A stretch of DNA of 64,000 nucleotides, taken from the NCBI GenBank assembly GCA_030141605.1, contig JAQGDQ010002374.1:248001-312000 (forward strand). The letters run 5' to 3'. Positions 27,701 to 39,700 of this stretch are shown in pieces. The position numbers and the translations under genes were made by a program. Source of the DNA: Tubiluchus corallicola (Eukaryota > Animalia > Priapulida). The stretch's first letter is position 1; each line of letters starts with the position of its first letter. The notes under the pieces are model-generated. The model saw only the letters and a list, made by a program, of their open reading frames with translations. It was not told the DNA's origin and made no database searches.

Positions 27701-30700
27701 TAGTAACCAAAGTTGAACAGTGCTAGGTTTGGTTAGCAAATGAATGGGTAACTGTCAAGAAAATAAATTCTGGGAATTTTCATGTGCCATACTGCTTCTG
27801 ATTATTTATTTCATTGTTGCTTGCCTATATATATATATATATAAAGGTTCTCCTCCCACCACAGTTATTAACATAAAAACTGGCCCCTGCATTGAGCGCT
27901 GGATGGTGGCTTCTAGGTACACACACAACAACAGTGCGATACAAACTACATGTATAATTATGTAATATGTGTTACAGAGTGGCCAGTTTTCATGGCTTTC
28001 AACTAATGTTTAATAATTGCATTATTTTGTATAGATACGAGGTGGTTTCGTCAGCGTGAAGGATCTTTCAGATATTCCAGGCATCGGAGAGAACATTGTC
28101 AATCTCAACCGGCACCGTCTCATCTGCTCAAAGCTTGCACAGATTGCAGCAGCACGCCGGGCAAAGGCATGCCGGCGGTGAGTAGTTCTTAACCCAACCA
28201 TTCTTAAGAAAAAGCCTTTTCTGTTTAATGGGATAGAATCTGTCTCAGCTCGACTGCAGGTTGAGAGAGCTTTTTGAGGAATCTACTAACTAAGAGGAGA
28301 TCTCAGATAGCCTACACTTCTTAAGTGTTTCATTGAGAGTACCCTTGAAATTGGCTAAAATGGCATCATATAATGCTATGTTGGTGCTCTCAAGAGCATG
28401 TTGGACACTCGCTGTCTCAACCATTGTGCTACAAAAGGTTAATAACTGTGACTGACAAACTGATCAAAAACTGAGCTAGGTATTATCTCGAAAATTTCTT
28501 CTCACTTTTTCCTGGTCCTGTCAGTTTCTGGCCCTTTTTATGTTTTTTGAAGTGCGGACAATTGTTTTATCATGTGTGTGCGCATGCATGTATGAGCATG
28601 TGTGTGTGTGTGTGTGTGTGTATGCATGCGTGCGTGTGTGCGTGCATGTGCTTTGTGAAACAAACAGATTTTTTGTCAGCGGTTTAATTGGCAACATTCT
28701 AAAAAACTTTCTAAGGTTGGTTTGTTACTGTTATAAAATTGGTTTGTTTGGTGATAATGATTTGATGTAGAATGTCTAGTAGCTAAGCTTTCATCTTTCC
28801 AGTGAGACTCGTAGTTCTGCTAGAACTAAACAGTGGTTGGCCCTAGAACGCACAGGTAAAGAGATGGACCATGGTAGTCCTGGAAAAGAGAAACCGTCTA
28901 CTAGTCATCCAAATCAACACTTAAAAGAGGTGGCTGACGAAGAAGATGATGTTCCGCCTGAATGCACTGACACACCGTCACCATCTGCATGTGTGAGTAA
29001 AATGATCATCATCAATGGTGACTGTTAAGGATTAGCTGATGATAACGATGATGATAGTGATGATAATATAATGAGATGGTGACAAAATTTATTTAGTTTT
29101 AAAATCATTTTCTTATTAAAGAAATGAAGGAGTGAAGCGTCACTCGGGCAGCTAACAGCTAGCTAACATCTTCACTGATGGAGCACCATGGAGACTGAAG
29201 TTAAACCGCAAAACTCGTAAAGCATGCTAAATGCTGATTTCTACTTGCCTTAATGCAGAATTGGTTTTATAGGCACACATTAGGCTTAGAACCTTATTTA
29301 TCTTTTCGTTACCATATTGTTGCTTGAACGGCTTACAAGATATTTATCGTGATCATAACTTTACGCACTTACTGAGATTTAGCAGTTGCATGTGATGTGA
29401 AGAAAAAGTATTATCCACCATGGTTATTATTACTAACCACCGAAAGCTTCTCCATCTTTCATTATGAGTGCTGTCACAAACATGAAGCAGTTATGTCAAG
29501 TTATACTTCATTTGAAGCACTCTCAATCAGTCATTGCTTTAGAATAGCCATGCAGAATATGCCAAGAGAATGCTCCGGTTTGCTTATGATATAATTAATG
29601 CTGCATTGATTTATTAATTTGTTAATCAGTTCACTTTTAAAGATGTTCTTGGTTTAATGAACTTAATACTGATCCTGTATGTAATAGCTCAGTGTTCCAA
29701 GATTTGCATTTCATGCCTATTCGTGCACACATAGGCACATGCCATAATTGGGTTCCTTGAATTTTTAAGTATTAGTTTGTGGGAGCTAATTTCAAACTTT
29801 AGTTAAACAATCTTTTAAAATAGTAACATCTACAATAGTCTTCTGGAGATCTAATCCGATGCTTTTAATACTATCAGTCCAGTACCACAGCCGTCTGACG
29901 GTGCTGCTGGTTAGTTTTTGCTGCCCAGCAAAAAATTGTAATGTATCCTGCTTATCAACTTTTGTTGTGGGCATTCAGCTAAAATTGTTAGCATGCCATG
30001 ATTGTCCAATTTTTTTATCATTTCTTTGAGGACGTGGTTTGCACTCTTGTGATAAAGATTTTGTGCCATCGTTCACACGAGTGCTTCAGCAGAAACCCAT
30101 GTGTTAGAAAAATGTTGTTAGGAATTTTATTATGTTTTTCAGACAAGTCTTATTGGCCATTAGGTCAGTAAGAATTGTAACTGTACCGTCCGCATCTTGA
30201 GCTCTGCTTAGAAAAATATCAATTAAGCCTCTAAATGTATTAAACCATAAACATATGATAGTTATATTTTGCTTGTGACATTGTCTCCACAGGCATTTTT
30301 ACATTATATAGCTGGTCCTTTGTGTGATTGTAATATACAATTGTCGTTTTTTACAGACAACGCCACTTTTGGAAACCACCAGTGCAGTGACTTTATTACA
30401 CCTTAAGAACACAATGGCTACTACTTGCGCCTCAGACAACGGAGACAGTGATACTGATGATGATGATGGCGATGATAATGATAATAGTATTGGCGAGAGA
30501 GAGCAGAGTGACATAAGCGACATAGAAGCTGATGAAATAGCGGCAGCTAAACAGAACACTATAGTCGATGAACATACAGAAAAAATCAGGCAGCGCAAAT
30601 TGGTAAGTGATTTTGTTGTTTGCTTTCTGCACCAAGATAATCAGGCAGCGCAAATTGGTAAGAGATTTTGTTGTTTGCTTTCTGCACTGAAATAAGCGTA

Positions 30701-33700
30701 TAAAAATATGGAAAATTGATCTAATACATGTAGATGATTACATCTTGTTGTGCATTCAAACTAATGCACTGTATTTTGGGGCAAGCTGCATAGCCAAGTG
30801 GTCACTTGTGAATATTTCTTGACTGTCTGGGTTCAATACTTGTGTAAGTTTTATGCATCTTATTGGTTGTGGCTGGATATACCTCATAGAAGATGTACGT
30901 CATCACTCGGATGTCCCTACTGTTGATGATGGCTTGTCTTAGAGAGTTACCTGTGATAATGAGCTAGGTTTTCGTCCTACCACAACCATTGTTTCTTGAG
31001 TACACGTGTTGGTAAGTGAGCGCTTGCGATTATGACTTGCAGTGTGGTGAAGTGTGTAAAAAATGAAAGGATCGTATGTGGTATTGTTTACTGAACTCAC
31101 AGACATAACCACATCCCACCGATGAATGAGATAACCTAGAAATAATGTTGTTGAAAAGCCAAGTGAAGTATGGCAGAATACATGGAAAATATGGGCTGTG
31201 AGGTTAGGATTGGTAACGAGGTGTGACACAGGCTACTGACAGATGATTATATCTGAGCACTATAGAAAAGCACTGTATAAGTAAGAATGAGAATGTACAT
31301 GTAGAATCAGTTAACATACTGTTGGCAATTGAAGGCCATATTCCCAGTCTATGAAGTTTACCATAACAGGTATTTTTTGATAAATTGTGCTGAAGTCTAG
31401 GACATGCACATGCACGGATTTAGTTAGCTTTCAAGTTTTAACTTTTGTGTTTTTGATGCTTATAAAGGCAGTAAATAACTGTTCAAAAACGATAAGCTAG
31501 CCAACTGAACTTTATTTGAATGACATAACATTCAACAGTAGTTGGATGTTTTTCAAGCTGATAATGATGTGATGTGTTGTCACCTTCTCTCATCTTTAAA
31601 GATACACAAGTTATCAGTATTTAATTAAGATATAGTAGCAACTCATTATACATTTGTAAAACAAAGATTTTAGAACTTAGGGAAGTTATTCACCTAACTA
31701 AATTGATATGTTTATTTGCCGCACATGTAGCAGTTAATGTGATCAATTTCCATCCACGTTGCTTTCCTAGTCGTTGTCGAGACAATGCTCAGGTAAATGA
31801 ATACATGAGATCAGAGGTATGCATAAGTGATTGAGGTCAACTGTTCCAACATTATACATGAATGTTCACCATGACCAAACATTTGTTTAATGCCTTATGT
31901 TGGTACGTTGTTAAGATGCTTGGCCATGCTGTTCATCATTTACTGTAGAAGTGTTAAGATTGCAAATTGTCATTAAGTGGCATAAAGTTGTTAACTGTAG
32001 CTGCAAGTTTGTGAGTATTTATGAAAATTGTAAAGGTCTGTACCCTAACTAATTTCGTTTTTTCATATGCAAGTATTTGCTCATTGTATGACTCGCTGAA
32101 ACTGGATAGTTAAACTGTGAATGAAAAATCAGGAACTAGTTCTACCCACTTCTCAGGAATCACCATATTCAGTGAAGGTGTCAAAAATTTGGATTTTGGA
32201 GAAGTAAAACAAGCTTATCAGAACTTAGTTGTTGCAGAACTTAGTTGTTTTGTTTCCGGGCTTTACACTACTCTATCGTTTAACAGCCCTAGATCACACC
32301 AAGTCTTGTACCCAGCAGCCGTGTAAATTACATCAGTCATCTAAAAAGAGCTTTATAATGATTTCCAAACATTTTGACTACATACTAGTGTTCAAGAGCG
32401 TAGCCAGGTCATAGAATTAGAAGTAGCAAGCACATAAAAAAGGCACCGTCACATTTACCAAACATTTTTTAACGCATTAATTATACATTTTTGGTTTGTA
32501 TTTAAAATCAAAACATGAGGAAAATGTAGTTCTAAAGTACATAACTATTGTGTTATATTTAAAATTAAAACACAATGAAAAGTTTTATAGTAAGCTCATA
32601 AATCTCAAAATATACTAAAATGTGTGTTATTTAATTACTTTGATTTTACATGTAAAAAAAAAGATTCAACTTTTATCGCACAAGAGAACTAAATAGTTAA
32701 AAAATTTCAAAAGGCTCCAATTTTGAAATATGTGCTTGGGGAAGCAGTGGTTCCCCTTACTCCCCTATTAGCTATACTACTGTTAGTGTCTTATATGTCC
32801 ACATGTATTTAGTTGTGCCACATACAAGGACATTGAATTTCACGTTCACCAATTTCATCTCCCCCATTTTTGAAGGTGCATAATTTTAGTCGGAATATTT
32901 ATCACGTGTTTATAATCACTATTTCACTCTTTTGTTAAAATGTGCTATATAAATTTGCTTTTGTTTAAAAAAATGCTTATGTTAACAGTGCAGTGAATGC
33001 ACAGTATATTAATTTTGGTATTTAACATGGGCTGTTTCGGCCTGTTTGGTGCTCAAGGCAGAATAAACTGGTGGCCTTTGGTCACTTTGCTATCCTCAGT
33101 CTAAATGTCTTTATGAGAACTGTGCGTTTGTATGTTTTTGTGATTACCGCGAGACATACATAGTTTCGTATTGCTTTTCACATTTGTTGTGCTGCAAACA
33201 TGCTGTGCTATGTTATTTTCTTACGATAATATTGTAATCAAAAATTCGCACTTTTTTGCACCACCTGACACAACAATATTTTTTCTACTTGCAAAAATAG
33301 CAGAAATTTCATTTTTAAGAAGAATTTAAATTATTCTGATTATTTTATTCGTGAACATTACAAAATTGATAAGTATGAGACTTTTGCTCAGCTTTAGGAG
33401 AAAGTGACACAAGTTGTACACAAAGCACGTGTGCCTTTGTCAGGTAATTGGGTTTTGCCCTCGAGCTAAAATCTAGAAATATTTAACCCCGCTTAATGCA
33501 GAGGTTAAAATGTTTTGTGCTAGATTATGATATGTCAGAGTTCATTTTTTAACATTTCCAAAACCATGTTGGATATATATTTAACTATGCCATTCTTGAG
33601 TTCATAAGCCCTGCAATGGATGTGATATATTAAAATGTGTATATGTACTAACATATATTAGTTTTTGGTACTTTTTTAATTCAAAATTTGCTAAAGTTTT

Positions 33701-36700
33701 TTCATAATAAAATACCATTTTCAAACTTTGAAGCATTCGGTTGCTTGTTTATCTTGCATGATCACAATTTTTTTAATGTCTAGTGATCTTGTATGTGAAT
33801 CTTATGTTTTGTTGAACTGATGTTAGCACATTGATTGTGTATACATGTTTTTATTTACCATTTATTCGTATATGTTTAGCACAAACAATACAGTCACGTT
33901 AGTGAACTAGTGCAGAAAAGTATGCAACGTTAGCCTTATTATAACACACTCGCACAATATACAAAAAAAAAATTGAATAAATTTTTAAATGCTAATGAAT
34001 TAGTAATATACTATGTCAAAATACATAAACAATGTAAATAGGTAGAGTTTCACAATACTGTTTTTAACTCACAGTACTGTTTTTAACTCACAGTACTGTT
34101 TTTAACTCTGTGTGTCTCTCTATCTATCTTCATCTGCTTTCTTGCCTATGCTTTCAATGTTTTTTCATACTTTTTCTTCCTTTCTTCACATATCCACAAT
34201 GCTTTACACAAGTATGTTTACTTCTCAAGTACCTCACTTACATACTTGCTTTTTAAAGCTCTGATTTAATTATACAGTATCATTGTTGTTCAAATGTATG
34301 TAATTATGTGGATCTAATAATCTTATAAATCTGTGAAAGCGAATACAGTTTTTTAAATATACAAATTTATGGTAGCCAGGAATGACAGCTGTTAGTGATT
34401 AGAATTGATTATTCACTAATTGATTAAATGAGTGCTTGATTTGTTGCATTAAATAACAATACACGTAACTTGCAAACTGTTACGAACATTCTGCCCTAAC
34501 TAATGCGTTGTACTTTTTATTCATCCACGAAATTTAGCAGATTACAGTTTGCTGTGATCAGATCCTATTGATATAGGAATTGATTTTGTGAATGACAACT
34601 GCCTGCGTTTTGATTGTTCGCGGTTATCGACAAATACCCATAAAGGCGTGTTGAGTTGCATGACCCCCTTACCTAATTTCACTTTTTCTGCAAGCAGACC
34701 TGCTGCCTCTTGTCAAAATTACGTATGTAACTAAAATGTCCGACGCGTTGCGTAGTTGTGATGTTTTTTGTATGTTCAGTGTTGGTTACAATCCAAGCTG
34801 TCATTGACATTGTAAGTGAATAATTTATAAAGACGTTGTTATTGTTGTTCTTTTTTTTGAAAACTTGACATTGAATGAGTGAGCATTATCGTCGGTAGTT
34901 TAATTTTATTTTGCGAATCTTTAAGTGAAGTTGTCCAGGCTGTTGTTTTCAGTTGCTACTTTTCATACAGATATTTGGTTTCCAATATGAAGTAATCACA
35001 TTTTCATTATTCAAATAAACTAAATTTGCTAATTAATTTTTAATCGGTATTTTACTTTTATGTTGTTACTCAAGGCTATTAATTAAAAATAATTGTTGTT
35101 TTATCAGACAATTGGAACTAGCAGTGAAAAAAAACTTAGTCGCAGCTCTTACATGTTCGGGATACTGTATGCATGTAATTAATAATTTCAATTATACGAA
35201 TTTGTTAAATATAATGTCATTTTAAACAATTGTTAATCATAATCGTTTGTCTAATCATAATAAGCTATAAATGTCTAATAGCTAGCCTATTAAAAAACTA
35301 AAAAATTAACAGTTGGCTCTAAGATACGATCTCTCTTAATGTCCATGCACTGGCTAATGTTTGTTGTTGTCGTTGTCTTTGTTTGCTTTCAATCACGTTT
35401 GCACTAGTCACACATAACTTTTATATTATTGGTACTAGTTTATGGTGACAACAGTAATTATAACTTAGTAATGCATATATTTATTACGTAATATATATAG
35501 TTCAATTAATGCCACGCAGGCAAGATGTGTTAGTCAACTTATCGCGCACAGTTAATTAATTAATTAATAAATCGATTAATGTTAGCTTTAATGAAGATTG
35601 GTTACTAGTGTGAACGGTTTTTCAATTTGCAATTTGACCGTGCACGCATGCTGAGAATGATTTTCATTTACTGCGTGCTCAATGCTCACAAGCGCACAGT
35701 CCGCTGAGAGTTTTCTCACGCATATGCGTGCGTGAGTGATTGACATCTGATCAGGCGGCCGTTCTCTGCATTAAACTGTTTACTTTGCATAAAAACGGCG
35801 CTCAAAACAAGCGAGTATTGTATGCGAAAACGCTGCTTTGTGTTATTATGACAGTTTTTATTGTATTACAGCATATTATACAGGCAATTAAGTGCCCTGG
35901 CTGTGGTCGAGAAACACAGCTTGCCTTGTCGGCGCAGAGCGGCCTTGAGCGCATCTTACTGGCGTGGAACATCTTGATAGGAGAAAAACTTTGCTGAGTT
36001 GTTCTCAATATGTCTTTAGTGCCAGATTTACTAGATGAAGATAGACGCTGCACAGTTTAGCACTGATTACACAAGTTCTGCTTATTATCCTTGAGGCGGG
36101 GTGGGGCAGGCTATCTCCTTGAAGCAGCCCAGTCGTTATTCTTAATAAGTATTCGGGTGATTGGAAAATGGAAATTGTCTTTAATTTTTATTAACAGATT
36201 TCTTTCTTTTTGGTATTTGATAGACGTTAGTTTGCCTGCCGCCTTTTAGTACAGACCTTGGACTAGCTGCTCTCTGGTCGATCCTATTGTGACTTTTCAT
36301 TGGTTAGATAGATAGATTTTTTATTTTTAATATCCCTGAAGCTTGCATACTGATGTACGTTCACCTGCTCAGTTTATTCAAGAAAATTTGCTGAAGCGAC
36401 TTTCAGACTTAAAGCTTCTAGCATGTTGGAACTTAGAAATGTTTCACATTAAAAGCATTCAAAGCAAGAATCCCAGTAATTAGGTGCTGCAGTTGAATAA
36501 TTTCTAGCAATTGCGTGTTATTTGTATTTGTATGCCTGCACTTAGTGTATGTGAATGCTCACAGTGTCCCTACTTTGCCGTCAGGTACTAGCCCGTTGCA
36601 CATGCTAGCATTATGTGGGCGTCATTACGGGCCGTGCTATTACCCTTTACATGCAAGTGGGTGCGCTGCGCCCCTCCACCCCCCGGGCGCAATGCAAACG

Positions 36701-39700
36701 CCCGCAGCGGAATAACAGTCCTGTCTCAGTCACACCAGTATAAAGGCGTTTTGTCTTGCCATGAATGGCACACATTCAGACTGAAAACTAATTTCTAGCA
36801 CTATAATTTCATCAAGAGCGTCAAAATTATACTGGTTTGTGAAAAGTCACGGCCAGAAGCTGTGGAGCGGTGGTCGGGAGAGAATGTGGGTACTGGATGA
36901 TGCTCCATCTTGCAAACCTCGTGTCACGCTGATTTTTACTCCCAAGGTAAGGTTGATTAATCACATTGCACTGTTGTTTTTGGCCTTTGATTAAGTATTG
37001 ATTGGCGGCTGGTCTGATTCCGAACACACTCGGAGCAAACGACGATCTGTCTCTTTCTCTCTCTCGCGATCCTATTTCTGTGTCTTTTTCATTCTCTGGC
37101 TCTTTTCCGTTTCTCTTTCTCTTTTTCTTGGTCTGTCCTCCTCAGTTATCAAGAAAGACGGAATAGCGGTAAATCTTCCTAAATAGCGGCAAGGTTTTTT
37201 TTTACAAAAAATTGATTTATCAGTTACAAATTGCTGTGCAGTTCAATAAAGATGTACGGGCATCATGGCATGTGTTGTTTATTTATCATTTAATGAATAT
37301 TGATTTAACAGTGAAACTAATCAGTGCTTCTCCGTCCTTCGACTTGTGTAATTATTATAAAGAGAGTAAAGATGTTCACATTTTCAAATGAAGAAGCAAG
37401 AGATATTGTTGGTAATGATCCCATGTATCTTCACTTTTGTAATATGAAATATCTGTTTAACTTTACGGAACAACCTCTTATTAAGTAGATTTTCTTTATA
37501 CATTATAAGCTAATACTCATATTCGTATGTAATGTAAATTGACATAAAGTAAACTCACTTACTTCTCTTACTTTGCTGCTTTTAAATTGTTTGTTGCTTT
37601 AAATCAGTTGTTCACAAAAGCAAATCTAACCATACTTGTACTGGGGTTGTACATTAGTAGTTTTGTATAGTAGTGATGGTATTCAATGTATTGTATAATA
37701 TCATAAAAATACAAGTTGAGGCAATGCGATGATGATGATGGTGACCATGACGATGACGATAGCGATGATGACAATATGTTCTATCCTTCCCCCTTGTGTC
37801 CCATATTATCTTTTTTTCGCTGTTTTTCTCTGTCAGTTGTTCTTACATTACTAGCCCATTTTTTAGCCTTTTTGGTTACTAGTCTTCTGCAACTCCTTTG
37901 TGCACTTCATGAGGAAAAACGTGTCAATTAAATAGCCAGTGATTATGACGATTGTAATTCATAGCTCTTGTTTACTTTATGAAGTTTTTTTCGACACACA
38001 TGTATTTCTATTTATACTGTGCCTTTTCTTTATTCGCTAATATTTTTTTTGGCTTCACTTTTGATCCATCTAAGGAATTGCTTCCTTTTTTTGTTTTCAT
38101 CAAAATCTGCCTATGTAGGGAGTTAATAATAGAGATTCATTCATTACTGTTCAGTGTCTCTACCATTATCGACGACGACGTAATGTCTGTTAATTTTGTG
38201 TTACCCATATCCGTCTAGCGTTTGGAAAACTTCAAGTAATGTGCTGCTGTTATATTATAGGCATGTAGGCATGCGTTGATGTAACGTGTTGACAAAATGA
38301 ATACTATGTCAAAAAATTTTTGCGTCCTATTCTTACACATACTATTGAAATTTAGACGGTTTTTAGCGTCTACTGTACTACTACAGTTTTTTTTTATAAT
38401 TTACATCCATATACTACGAATGGTAAGTATCCATACGTTTAAAATATGGGACTTGTCATCTTTAACATAAAAAACATAATGCCCATTATAGTCTCAATGA
38501 CCATATATATAATTTCAGTGGTATATAGGGGAGGAACGGGGGCGAAAAGCCTCCAAAAATGGCCATTTTGCCATTTTTTTTTTGCAAAACTTATACCTCT
38601 CATTTCTAGCATTATATTATTTCAGAAGCTTTCACTCTAGCGGTATTATCAGCAGGAAATTACATAAGAAGTGTTAAAACAGTATATACCGGTGTGAAAC
38701 AAGAACATTAAAAACAAAAATAGTTGCTAAGCAACAATAAGGCATTATGTTTTTTGTGTTAAACATGCGTACGTGTTCGTGCAATTTTTACTACTTTATC
38801 GCTGGCCTCTTTCATTTATTGGGCCCATTCATTTATTTACTGTGCCGGCGCTCCTGTCTTAGCATACTGATAAGCTCTTTCACTGCTCATCTCAGGTGCC
38901 TCCTTTCCTCATAGACGCGCCAGGATATTGTAATGCCAATCAGTAAGCCGGCTAGCCTAAAAGGGAAACTATATATAAGAACAGCCAGCAAGTGTCTCGA
39001 ACTCGCGACCATTTGACTGTGCGTTGATTGTTGATATAACACCTTGAATTCAGTAGCGTGCGCTTTGTAAGAAAATTTGGGCGAGACGCTGTTACCAAAG
39101 GTGTCATTGATGTCAAGTAGTGTAACAATTTGTAAAATTGATGACGCACGTAATTGTTTTTGCACTGTAGGTCAGGCTTTTATCGCCAGCTTTTGTCACA
39201 CTGTTCTAGACTGTTTGAGTTACACCGAATTTAATTTAACCAATTGCTTCTTAAGGTGATACATTGGCATTTTGTAAAAGCTAAACCGCTTTGTTTCTAG
39301 ATTTATTATTATTTGTCACAAAAAGCAATGTACATTCAATGATACGTAACACTAATAACAAAATGGCATACCAAAATGTATAATGATGCATACAGGAATT
39401 ATTATGCTTAATAAATAGCTCATTGTAAGTGGTAATAACACTCGTTAGTAGTCACAATTTTTCGAGTGAGCGCTGTGTGCAGCAATATTGTTATTAAAAT
39501 TGACAAACAAACGTCCTGCAAAAACGTTTTACACATAATCGTGGAATTGTTATCGTTTTACACATAATTAAAGTGTGTGCCAACAAGTATTGTACTCATT
39601 AACAAAGGCATGAACAAGTATATGAGTAAAGTATGTAAATTATGTAAAGTACCTAATAAACGTCCATGCAGTACTGAACAATCAATGACGGCTCTCCGCT

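Noticed and set aside
30603-30695. Read-through to the stop at 30695 as the end of a stand-alone HhH gene
   Set aside because: Not excluded, but disfavoured: a consensus GTAAGT donor sits at 30603, the read-through consists of the duplicated intron start, and a phase-perfect downstream path exists.
37716-37775. Asp-rich ORF ([15 protein letters not shown]) resembling the acidic exon
   Set aside because: A (GAT)n microsatellite with no good flanking splice sites.
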